Of a stretch of DNA of 64,000 bases, positions 48,052 to 60,394 are shown one piece after another; within the stretch, counting starts at the first letter, position 1, and each line of letters begins with the position of its first letter. Origin of the DNA: Takakia lepidozioides (lineage: Eukaryota; Plantae; Bryophyta); NCBI GenBank assembly GCA_030704615.1, contig CM060733.1, positions 44,392,001-44,456,000 on the forward strand. Direction: 5' to 3'. Under the pieces are notes generated by a model. The model saw only the letters and a program-made list of their open reading frames with translations. It had not been told where the DNA came from and did no database searches. The position numbers and the translations under genes are program-made.

Positions 48052-51000
48052 ATGTCAAGCCATCGGTCACCCCAATATCCCTCCAGGTCTACCGAGCCTG
48101 ATCCTGGGGACTCCTACCCCAGTACACCAGTGTCAGGATCCACCTTAATATTAACACCAAAGAGTCTGTCACAATTAACACCAAAGAGTCTGTCCCCATC
48201 TCCGGCAGCTTCGGTAGATCCCAACCCAGACTGGACCCTCGAAGATCTGCGAAGGGAGCTAGATGTGATTGATACCCGCTACTCGGTAAGGTCCTTCGAT
48301 CTTTTAGAAGTCATAATTGCAGCATCACAGACACAGTTTCCTCAAGTTCTCAATGAATCTCTCTGCCAAGAGACGACATGAGTAGTGGGAGAGTAATCTA
48401 GTGTATGCCGATCGTGTATGTTAATAGTCCCTTACTCTACAGTGAGGGTTTTAGGGGGGTTTTCCTGTCTTTTGGCAAATTTTGGGGCTTGAATACTAGT
48501 TGTCGAGATCTCCCACGCAATGTAGGGTTTGAGAAATCTGTGCACCTTCAAACTGTCCTTGATTTTACCTTGGCACAGTAAAAAGTGACGTGCAAGCTGC
48601 TCCTTATTTAATATTAGTGGATTCTTACAACTTCGCACCTTTCCCACAGGTGCCTGTGACATGGGGCGATCGGCCTCCCCCCTTCAATGCTAACGGGTGA
48701 GCACTTCAAAACGACTGATTTACTACATCTCACAGCCCAATTCACTGAAGTAAAAGCATTCTCAAGGTGTCTTGACGAACAAGCTTGATTGATTACATTG
48801 ACGGAAAGTGAACTGCAGGATATCATGGCGGGCACCCGCAGCAGATTTTGGCAGAAAAAGTGCGACCTTCAGAATGCGAGCATTTGATACTGATTCAGAC
48901 GAAGATAGTGATGAGGAGGAAGAAAAGGTTGTGCTTTATACAACCTGCAGTGGTGGTGATTTGAATAAGGAACCTGTCACACCCCCGGAAAAGTGTAATT
49001 CAAGGTAGCAATCAATGGGTTCACCTCAGAAATTGTTTGTTATTTTCTCTCGTTTCAAAATCTGTCTTGAGTGATGGTTGGGGTGCTCTTTTGTTGTCCT
49101 GTGGTTCTACTTTGTCCCAACAGCCCTCTGGGCTATGCCCCAAGGGTCTTTCTTTCTGAAGCTCCGTAGAACCCCAGTAATTTTTCATTGTTCTGCAGAG
49201 CTCAACAAGAAACAGAGGCAACATGGAGGCCGTTGCTCACACGCACAGATTCTGTGGAAGCTGCGTTGTTGGAGCTGGAGCGTGAGCGCCTCATGAGGGT
49301 GCAGGTGCAAATCTTTGTCCCTTCAGGTCCTTCCTGAAGTTGGGGGAGACCACTCGTTTACTCGCTTGGGGGAGCCTTGTATCATAGGCTGTTCCAAAGC
49401 TGAGAGAACTTGTGGTATAGGATGCATGACAAGCAAAGAAAATAGCAATAGGGACTTGTGGATGAGGACTTCTAGGCTGACAAAGGGAGAACCAAGGCTC
49501 TGGATGGAGGGAGAACAAAGACACCGTGAATGTGATGTGCAAATTGAGTTGGATCTGGTTCAAGGGCTTTGCTCGTGGTGGAATTGAAATGTTTGGAGCA
49601 CATGTAGATTTTAGTGGTCACTGCCTTACTTACAAACTATGGATTTTAATAGGAGGAGGTTCATGAAAAGCGGTTGTCATTTGAAGAGGCGTTGAAAGAA
49701 GAAGTCCTACGGGAAGCAGCCTCACTAGCACGAGTGGAAAAAGAGACGAAAGCAAAGTTTGAGTTTGCACGGCGCAACGATAAACAAGATCTGCGTCTGA
49801 TGTAGGCTTTTCTGGATTTCCCTTTACTCTTTCTTACCCTTTCTTGCGATCTGCTCTTTCTGTTCGACAGGCTTTGAAGTTGGATATGTGCACTCCTGCT
49901 GAGTATGTATCGCATGTGTGATACACCTTCTGAATTGCCCCTTCATGGTTACAACAACTCCACTGCTTTGAAGAGTGTCAATTTGGTGGGAAATATTTCA
50001 TCATTACAGAAGCTGACAAAAGCATTAGCAAGTGATCCCAAGCAAATTGCAGGAAAGTAGGGCCTACTTCAAGATTACATTCTATACAGATTCTGCAGAG
50101 GAACTGAACAAGGGGCAACCATGGGTACAGCGCAGAGGCGCGAGATATGCATCTATCAAGACTGCAACGTGACCATGAGCTTCGGTCCCAGTTTGAAGCC
50201 CGCCAAATCAGGAAGGAAGCAGCTGAGGAGGAGGCCCGTCGCCGGGAAATTGCTGCCCGTGAAGAAAAGGAGAGGCACATCAAAGCTAGGGCTGAGGCCG
50301 AGGTATTGTTCTTCTTGATGAAGATTCCCCATTATTTGCATGCATCAGAGGGACACATACCAGCAAATAGTCACACAGAATATGTAGGTAAATGGATAGG
50401 CGTCTGGTTTTAGAGCTTTGACACGAACTGGCTTTGGAGGTGGAAATGATTCTGTATTGTTACAGTCGATGGTAAGGAGAAAAGTACAGCGGTAATTGTA
50501 CACAGTCCCAAGTCAATGCGCTGTGTCTTGCATGTAGGCAAAGCAGAGGGCTGATGCTGAAAAAGAGAAGGCAGAAACTGAAGCTGCACAGAGGAAGGCT
50601 CAAGCGGCCGCTGCTGCTGCAGCGGCACAGCAGCGTCTTGAGGCAGAGAATAAAGTTAAGCAAGAGGCGGATCGGAAGGCCAGTGAGAGTGAAGCCCAAT
50701 CCAAGCAGCCTGCCCCAAGGATTGCAGCCACAGGTATTCTGATGAATATTGTCTGGTATCTCTGTCTTCTATTGGTTTCATGTGTGGAGTTTTTTGTGGG
50801 AACTATTTTTGCTGCTTTGGTACATGCTCCACTGTTTTATCATTTAGCATGTGGATGTGCCATATGTATAAAGAGGAAGTGGATCGTGGTTTGCAATGTG
50901 GAGATGTGATTCCTATGTCCTCAAGGTAATTACCAAAATATGCATAGAAGGATTCTCCACAAGTTTCTGACAGCTACCGGTAACAATTGTTGTTTTACTG

Positions 51001-54000
51001 CTGTAGCATCATATTAAGTATGCGGCTACTTGGCCCAAAACCCCTGGTAAATCTGGGTACATCTATTTATTTTTGAGGACACAAACCACTGTACTGTACC
51101 CATTCATGCTCACAAGTTGTCAGTATGGAGCTTTGTATAAGCTAGATTCAACAGGTTCCTACTTTTGTATCTCAATGTGTTACTGATTGAGTATGGCGGC
51201 CTAGAGGGGGGAAATTATTCTGTGCCATCTACCCTGATCCTAGTGTGTTGTGATTTTCGTAATAACATATCACCTTCAGAAGTTGGATTTTGTGCTGTCG
51301 GTGGTGCTATCATTGGCATGGTAGGCACATAGGTCATGGTTTCATGAACTTGGATGTCTTTGGTGCTGTTGTTAGGAGCAAGGCCACGTGTTGCACCCTC
51401 TGCAATAAAGCTGGAGAAGAGTCACAATCAGAAACTCAGGGAGCTCCAGCAAGCCTGTGAGCCCTTGCAGGCCAACCAATCAAATGCAAAGGTGCCTTCT
51501 GTGTTGTTTCTGGATTGGAGTGGACATGCAACTCCCTAGAGAGATTATTCTGGTGGTACTGCAAAGAAGTGTTGCCTAAAATGCCGAAAATTTCCTGTTG
51601 TGTCCAGTGCAGTTGACTGAAATGTCAGTACAGGAGGAGAAGGTGCAAAATATTTTGTGCTTTGTTCTTATGAGGGCTATATTCCAGTGGTCTGTGTTGT
51701 TGAGTCACTGTGTGTAACAGATTGTCTGCTTCTCAGTGTCTCATTTTTATTATTGTGCCCCATTGGAAATCAGGAGTTGAAGTTCTATGAGCGCCTTATA
51801 ATCAAGCATCTACAGCAGGTTGCTGCCACTCAAGAACAAGTCAAGTGAGTCTTTCTGCTTCTGTGCGATGTGCTATTAGAGAGAAAAAGCTGGACGAACA
51901 CCGAAGCATGTGGAATAATGGTTTCTCTTCAGCCCAAAGGGCTAGTACTGCCCTTTGTTTCAAAGGTGGACACCTTCTAATGGCTGTTGACTTCCCCAAG
52001 GATTTGGAAGCCCTTATGTACTACTAATACATCCGGTGACGGTTGACCCAGTGATCCCCGTTCATAGCTGAACCAATTGAATTTTCTTATGGGTAACATC
52101 CAACACATGGGTTGTGGATCCGTAACCACTTGCAAGGTGCCCTTGGCCACCTTCTGTTGGATGATGTATTAGAGTGATTGACATGCCTTGGTGCTCGTGA
52201 AGCTTGCTGCATGGAATCAACCTAAAATGTGCTGAAGTGTGAGTTATGTGTACAGAAGGAAGTCAATGGATTTGTTGCAGCTGCTTTGTGACCCCAATGC
52301 TCCTACCCAATTCCTGATCGTTACTTTGGGCTCAAAGGTGTTTTAACTCTCTCCTGATGTACATCAATGGCACATCTTTTCTACTCTGCATTTATTTATT
52401 TATATTTTGGAGAAGGGAGGGAGGCCCTTAGATCGAATTAAGAAGGGGCAAGGAAAAAGTATTGTTGCAAAGCCTACATCAAAATCTAGATCAGGCAAGC
52501 TATGACAATAGGTCTACAAAGACTGTCAGCTTAGCTACAGACCTTGCTGAACAATAAATGGAAGAAGCGCTCTTTTGTATTGTCTACTAGAGAGGGGTTT
52601 TATAGTTTACACCGCTTCCTGTTGCAATTATCTTCCTGGTCAAGCAGTCATGGCAACCAGTTGTCCAAACTTCTTGGTATCATATGCTAGCAACTTCAGC
52701 AGTGCTTGTGTAGTTACTATAGAAAATGAAGTGTTTGCCTAACTTATTTGACTGTGTCGGGGTTGGGGGTTTTGGAGAATAGCTACTCTCACAGTGCGAG
52801 TCACAAGTATTGAAGTTACCTTCTTTCGCATTTGCATTGTCACAAGTCATCGTCAATGTTGCTTCTCAGGTTAGTCTTCGGATTGTCGACATTGCGAAGT
52901 TCCTTTATTCATTTTTTTTATGAGAGGTTATAATTCCATGGGTGGATATCTGGTTGGGCCCAGCAATATCAATCCACTCCCACACCTCAGAAGATATCAG
53001 ATAGTGCCGGCCTTGCAGCGCTTATCTTGCATGTATATTGCAATTGCCGAAGTTTTCTGTGCATGTGTCTAACATGATCTTTGCTGGCACCAAGCTGTAT
53101 TAATTAATTGCGGCCCGTGTATCCATGAAACTCCACACTGAAATTCATTCATGGAATAATGGTAAAATATCAATGGATAGATGATGGATGGACTGAAGAG
53201 TACTTGCTGTGTGTGGCAGGTACCCTATGTAATGGATGTGGTGCTTGCAAAGCTCCATGAAGTCTGTATATTCACTGTGCCTAAGGCCTATGTGTTCTCA
53301 AAGGTTTGTATTCTACTCGTAGGTTTTGAGGTGGTCAGACTTAGGTTGAGGCAAAATTTGCAGAATTGTCCTTATCAACTGAGTCGAATCCTGGGTATCG
53401 GGCATCACAACGTCAAAGGAGCTTTTAAAGCCCACGGTTTGGTAGTCCTTTTACTACCCACCATAGAAATGTGCCAGGGCAAGAGAGTGAGGTGCAAGTT
53501 GTAATGGATAAAAGTAACGGTGGACCATTGAGTGAGCTGTTGGTGTGCTTCCACGGTTCTGTAGAGCTTGGTGCTGTGAGTGATATTGGTTTCAGTAGCC
53601 ATTTTTCTGAAAACAGAGTCTATGTGGCAGGACCAGTTTGAAACCGACCATGCATACTACAAGACACTTGGTTACCGAGAAGATAATGGTAAATTGGAGA
53701 GCACTGACGAGTATGTTGCACGCATGACTGCATACATGACTTTCTACGGCGCCATGGTACAGGTAATTCGTAGCAAAGGAGGGAGGGAGTAAGTAGGGGG
53801 TGCAAGAAACTCAATATTATGTGAAGGAACTTTCCGGTCAGCTCACAAATAGGTTCTCATTGCCATGTTTGTATCTGGTAGGAATCTTAACCTCTTCTTG
53901 GTCTCAAGATAAAATCTGAAGTTTGACTTGGAATGATGGCCTATGCCTTTACCTTGATGGACAGACTGTTGCAGCAAGTGGGAAAAATCCACTTGGTTTG

Positions 54001-54455
54001 GCAGATGGATGGGCATGGTGTGCACGCCTGCTCAACCACATTCCTTCAGATCGTGCCTCAGCCTCAGCCCTGGAAGCTTTTTTGAAGGTATTTCAATATC
54101 TGCCCCATGATCATTATGCTCATTACCAGGATCAGAGGAATATTTCAATCTCAGTGTGTCTTACATATCCTTCATTATCATGCCGGGTTTCCTTATTTCA
54201 ATGGTACTGACACAGTATGGATGGGATTTGCAGATGACGGGCTTCCGTCTGTACCAGGCATACCCAAAGGCATTTATGAAATTGATGCAAGTAGTGGTGT
54301 CGGACTTCATAGTAAACCTGAAAAATGGAGGGGACCCAGACTCAAGGGCAGTGGTGAACCGGCTTGAGACATATTTACATACCCAGCAATTCTTGCAAGA
54401 ACCAGAGGGCAGGAATATGCCTGCAACTGATTTCTCCTCGGTAATAAAGGCCTAG
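48052..54455 (+). CDS. GLE1: mRNA export factor GLE1, multi-exon
   Basis: Charged coiled-coil exons at ~49200-50730; C-terminal GLE1 motifs LAKLHEVCIFTVP, YYKTLGYREDNGKLESTDEYVARM, GWAWCARLLNHIP..ALEAFLK and GFRLYQAYPKAFMKLM; stop at 54455; first ATG inferred at 48052. Confidence 0.9.
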
Positions 54456-54985
54456 AGTTTCAAAGGATGGCTGATATTTTGTGTCAGGCAAAATGAGCTC
54501 TCAAGCTCTCAAGTTCCTCCCCTTTTATTAAAACTTAAAATAAAATAAATAAAGAAAGAGGAAAATATAGTTTGCCAGACCACTTGTCGCACTCTTACTA
54601 GCCAACCAATGCATTCTGCTCAATTGTCACACGTGGACACTTACTAGTGGGCCTTGGAGTATTCTGTCCCAAACCTAAACCAGCCCAGCTGCTCCGACGG
54701 CCGTCGGATTTTTCTATATCGAGAGAGATGTGAGTCGTTCATTGTCTATGCCTGAACGGTGGCGATGACGCGATGAGCTATCCGAATGGCATTCAGCACT
54801 TATGAGCTCCTCTATTCCTCTTGTCTACTAAACTTTCTTCGATTTTCCTCTTTCCCTCTCTTGAATCTTTAGTTCTCTCGAAGCCAAGGCGAAGGTGGAG
54901 AATGCAGAGAGTTTCCTAGAGAATCGTCTTGGCACCCTGTGGATTGCACTGGAAGATTTTCTATGGGGTACAGTGATGTGAATAC

Positions 54986-57900
54986 ATGAGATTGCCGTAT
55001 TCGACTATGGAACTAGCAACTGGAGCCGTTTCTTTGTCAAATCCCATGAGTGAGAGTTTTGCTTGCTGGAGGCCTGCAGACACAGGAGCTGCACAGGATC
55101 CTCGAGTTTCTTCGAAACATGAAGCATGCTTGGCATCTGGTGTGTGTGAGAGAAGCTCTCTTGGAGTATTTCTACCAAAAAGAAGAACAGTCCTTATGAA
55201 TAAGAGTGTTTTGTTCGGCAGTCGAATTTGCAGAGGAAATCGTGAGCGGATAGGCCGGGCACAGTGGCCAGCTAGTGTGATGGCCCGGGCCGCATCAACA
55301 CGAGGTCACGAAGCAGGCTCTAGAATGCAAGATTCCTCATCTACCCCGGAGACCATTGCTCACCCTGTGGAGCAGTACGTGATCGCAATTTTTTCAGTTG
55401 TAGCTTTAATGGGATTGCGACCTGAGACATGAATCACATAAATTTCCATCCGCAATTGAAAATCTTTTGGTCGAAATTGCGAGAGTGAAATGCTAGGTAC
55501 CTTCTGGATAGTATCAGTATGTCTAGCTCCACATTGGCCTCCATGCGTTTTCAGAATAGCTCAAAATCAGGTTCAGCTATCGCGGTCCCTTGTCACGTCC
55601 ACTTACCAGTACCATCAGTGACGAGGGCATCTTGCTATACTATTGCAAGAAAAGTGTGACGAGTACATTTCTTGATGCCTGTGAAGATATCTCACCATTC
55701 AGCTCACAACGTCCATCACTGAACATGGAAAGTGCAGGGGGGACACTCTGACTGCAATAGCAAAGCGGTACAGGACAACTGTAAGCAGAATCGCAGTGGT
55801 CAATGACATCTATGATGTGGACTCGGTACAGGCAGGCGACGTGTTGCTGGTTCCGAGTCAACGCCGCCGCCTTCGAAGGGTGCGCTTTTAATGTCTTTCC
55901 ACTAGCTCATCACGAAGTCCGCAATTGGTGTGTGTTTAAATCAACCCTCTTTGTGATCTCTTGGTCTTGTGTAGGACTACCCGTTGGAGTGGAGGGTTTT
56001 TCAAAAACTGGTTGCTCGCTTGTTCCTGTCTGTTTCATTACATTATGGGCTTGGCGGAGACGGTTCAGGAAGCACATACAGGCAGTCTTTAGACCTTCCA
56101 TGGCGTCACACAAGCCGCCAGAGGAAGAGGCTCCTATTTACGCTAACTTCGGTTGGCATGGTCTCTCTTTCTGCATGGCATTCAGGCACCCTCAGTTAAG
56201 CAGCGATCCTTTGGGCAAATCCCCATTCACCTATGTGCCAGTGCCAAGTTCAGAGTTATACAAATTGGTAAGGAGGAAGAGGGGTTGACACTCCTAGGAT
56301 GTGGAGAAGATATCATATTTTTGATCTGTAATATGCAGGTAACAGCCTCCAGGATGCCCTATGCAGAACAGGCTGCTCAAAGCGGAGTGTTGCATTTGCA
56401 AGGAGGAGTCCCCGCAACAGCAGTGTCTAGCCTCAAGACCGCCTCAAACATGGTTGCAGTGCCCCTTTATGGATCCCTCCCAGTTCTTGGTTTTGTAAGT
56501 TTGCCATACTTTGATGCCTTTTCATGTTGCAATTTTCTGTTGCTAATGTGCGCTCAAGCCTGCAACCTGCATTAACACTTTAGACTGTAATGTCATGGGA
56601 AGGACTGTGACCGGTGTGCATTACATTTACCAGAATGTCCTCCTTGTAAGAGTTAGGGCCAGGTTGGCTCAAGGCTTGGAAGCCATAGTTGCACACTAGT
56701 AGTTACATAGATATTGTAGTGTGCAACTCACTCCGCTTCCTCATAGCCAGCTATATTTCCAAACATAGGGATGGTCTTGTTACCATTCGATGATTAACAA
56801 GTTCTGAGATTAGGACTATCCTGCAGGAGGCAGGTTGCAGCCAGTGATGTTATGCATGTATTTTAATGGCAGAGGGAGGTGGCTCTGTGCTATGTTTCCT
56901 TGCTGAGCAATTTCTCTTTTGTAGGCAAAGGCGACTGTGTCCTTGTTGTTGATAGCCCCAGTTTTTGGCTTCTGCTTACGATGTATGGTTGACTACATTC
57001 ATGCACGAGTTAGTGAGGAGGTGAGCCAAAAGTATGCTGAGATGCAAACCTTGCATGCACGGCATCGACCCAGATTGAAGCGCTGGCAGGGAATTCTGGA
57101 TGAAGAGCGAGATGGCAGCCTTGAGATAGTGCGAGGACCTGCTGCCTTTGATGGTGTTGTAAGTCCCCCACAACGTTCTCTGGTCTTCAAGTTTTTGCTG
57201 GAAGGGCCCAAGGTTTGCAGAAATAATCTTGGATTGCTCTCGACTGTTCCTTGGGGAAATTCAACCAGTGTACCTGCAGGTTTTTCCATCCTTCCAGATG
57301 GTCCAGGGGGTTCAACATGGGAGTGGACAATGAAAGCCAATTGTATGTCGGGAAGCTGTGGAGAACATTTAAAATAACATAGCTTGACTTGGTGTATATG
57401 TATCGACACCGTATCTTTCGATTGTCGCCTGTTGGTGTGTGTGTACAGAGCAATCCCCAGTCGAGGAAGAATAGATGGCCTCAAAATCGAAGAGATGGCG
57501 TGGAGGTCAGTGATGGATCCCTCTTTGAGGAAAGAATTGATTTTAAACCATTGTCATCATGTAAGTGCAATACATGTCGCCTCTCAGTTGCAAGAGCAGA
57601 TTCTCAATTTACTGATAAAGGTATTAGTTGAAATCTTCATTGTGACACTCTCAAGTAGGCTTGTGACACTCTCTAAGTTCATGTACAATGCTGCATACTG
57701 ACTGTGATAAAGGTGTGGGGTGAAAAACCTCATTAGGACATTTGGTGACACAATGGTAGTCAATGTACAATAAGAAGATACTTATGTCCATGCTTCTTAT
57801 GGCCGCAGGAACCATCAAAAAAAGAGACCGATGAGCAGCAGACGTTGCGCCAGAAGCAAGACTACGACGAAATCCACAGGTCGTATACGGACCTGGAACC

Positions 57901-57997
57901 CACTTACATGGAGTTCTTGGCTGACTGTGGGTTATCCATGGCTGGGTACCGGTGTGATGGGGTCCCCAGTTCGGCAGTCGAGGGAGAGTTAAGATAG
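54986..57997 (+). CDS. LysM-domain membrane protein, possibly plastid-targeted, multi-exon
   Basis: Spliced LysM HPVEQ/GDTLTAIAKRYRTTVSRIAVVNDIYDVDSVQAGDVLLVP (exon ~55738-55879); Ser/Ala/Arg-rich N-terminus; hydrophobic SLLLIAPVFGFCL; last exon 57809-57997 ending YMEFLADCGLSMAGYRCDG..LR*. Confidence 0.75.
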
Positions 57998-58745
57998 ACT
58001 CACATCCGAGCTGTTTGGTGATGCGTACCCAACAGATTGATCCTCTCATCCCAGGATCACCCATGGACCGAAGGAGAAGCCATCTATAGAGTGCAAAGCA
58101 GTGAAGGGAGACAGATGTCCTTGGCAATTAATACACATGCCACAAGTGTAAGTGTATAGATCTCAAAAGAACACGACAACGATAGTCACTCATCAGCAAA
58201 ACTTGTCCGTACACAACCCTGCAAAACATGGAGCTCACATGACTCAGGAGCTACAACGCAGCACGCAGTGACAGCGTGTTATTCTTGGTGGCCACTGTCA
58301 CGGCTCTCTCCTTCCAAGTTGCCTAATTGTGTAGGAAAACACTTGAAGGATCTTATTTTCTGAGTTACCCTCAAGATCCTCAGGATCCAGATACACATTT
58401 AGAGACAAAAATTTGTAGACTTTATCAATCTCCAGCAGTGGAGTCACTGGAGTGAGACCAGAATTTTGCTGAGGCAGGCAAAAGCTTTTATATTGAGAGG
58501 GTAAAATGGTCCAACATGTCCCGCGGATGCACTGGTCCTTCCTACCCCTACTATACTCCTAGTGTGTTCCTTCATTTACCTCTACAACCCCCTCAAACCC
58601 CCTCTGACATCTCCATGCCAACTGAAGGAACAAGCAAGCAGGGACGAAGCAAGCAAGCCGGCGAAGAGAAGCTTGCGAGAGAGACAGTGAGCAAGAGCGC
58701 AGGCTCCATGTCTGTGGAGTGCCACTTTGAGCAGCTTGTCAAACC

Positions 58746-59120
58746 CTAAACATTATCGTCTACAATTTGTTGTTGACGTTGCGCTGGATTGGTTTTCCCA
58801 GACGCGGGGATGGTAGAGAAGGCAGGCCAGGCTGATGCAATGTCACCCCGGTTGTGGTGCAGGACAAGGCCGATTAGCAGACCTAGTGCAGCCATGAGCA
58901 TGGCCAGTGCAAGACAGCGTCTGTGAGTTGATAACCAAGATTTTATGTGATGGCGATGACAAACGATCCAACGCGGGAGTCGTACAGAGATGTGACATCG
59001 TCTGCTTATAATCACACTAGGCTTCTGTATTCTGTAGAAGAAGAATAATGCGGTGCTGAAGACGAGCAGTGCAGCTAAGATAGTCTTTGTGATTGTACAG
59101 GGAAACTGTTCTTTGCTCAT
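58746..59120 (-). CDS. Hypothetical small two-TM protein
   Basis: Open frame MSKEQF... with two hydrophobic stretches; no recognisable domain. Confidence 0.25.
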   Translation of the reverse strand: MSKEQFPCTITKTILAALLVFSTALFFFYRIQKPSVIISRRCHISVRLPRWIVCHRHHIKSWLSTHRRCLALAMLMAALGLLIGLVLHHNRGDIASAWPAFSTIPASGKTNPAQRQQQIVDDNV

Positions 59121-60394
59121 TGTCTTTCTTGGGCCCGCTGGGAAACCAAACCATTCCTGTGACTGAACAGTGAGGTTTGATAAGTGCAGGGAACACCTTC
59201 TCCACAAGTCTGATGAGGAGGATGGAAGGGCTTCATGAACTGAATTGAATTACTCTCGTTATCTCGCTGCCAAGTGAGTATGCAAGACTGTAAAATAACC
59301 AGTGCATTGTGCATCCACTGATGGCTCCCAATCCACTGATCAGTGAGTGAATGATCCGATGAAGACCAGATCTCTTGGCTTCAGTCAGCCAACTGTGTAA
59401 GCCTAGGACGGTCTCTTTCTCAAGAATTTTCTGAAATGCGGCATGATAGTCTCTAGAGCGAGACCTTCGAGTATTCTCAAGTCCATTAGAGATCCTTGTC
59501 CAAGTTGGTTTGGATTCTGTCCCTCTTTGTGACAAAACTAACACATGGTAGCACCTTAATCGACATTAGGTAGAGACAAGAGACAATCTTCCAAACTAAC
59601 TTACATGATTTTCTTCTCTCCTCTCTTTCCAAAGCCTACCTCCAGATCGGATGCGAAGAGGCGCGACCCTGGAGGCGTACGTCCTTTCTCTTGAACCCTA
59701 TTAGTTCAATTTGCTGAAGAACTCCAACTTGGGTCATTGGATTGAACCTCGGATAAAAAGAAAGATCCACCAATGAGTGATGCTGTGTCGCCAGATCTTT
59801 GGATTTCCAGAACAAGTCTCAGCATCCATTCATCGATTTTTTTGTTGATACATACACTCCATTCTCGTCATCACATCCTGATTCATTGATCACGCATTGC
59901 CTCTTGGAAAATGACTGTTATGGCAGATCAGATGTTCCCAAAAAAAAGTTCCAACAATGTCGAGTATGGAGGATGGTGAAGCATGTAGTGTATACACATC
60001 GCTCTCGGATGCAGCCCACGAGTCCGACTAGGTGGTAGAGTCCTTTGAGGGCCCCAAACTGAGCAGCATCATTCTCGAAGCTTCACAACGGAGCGACCGC
60101 CGAAAAAACCGCATCACTACCGGCCAAAGATGAGAAAGTATCGGGCCATTTGACTGTCGTGTTACTTGGTAGCATAAAAGGGTGGCGTTCTTGAGGAAAG
60201 AAGAAAAGGGTAAGTAGCTTAAGTTAGCCCGTCTCTCTTTGTCGTGCCATCATACATGCTTAGGAATCCCAGCGGGCTATGGTGGGACGATTCACACAAC
60301 TGGGCTGACATCGTACGAGTAAACAGAAGCTGCAGAAGAGAGTGCACTAAACAAGAATAGGGATGCTTTGATGGGGTGTTAGTGAGACAGCTGC

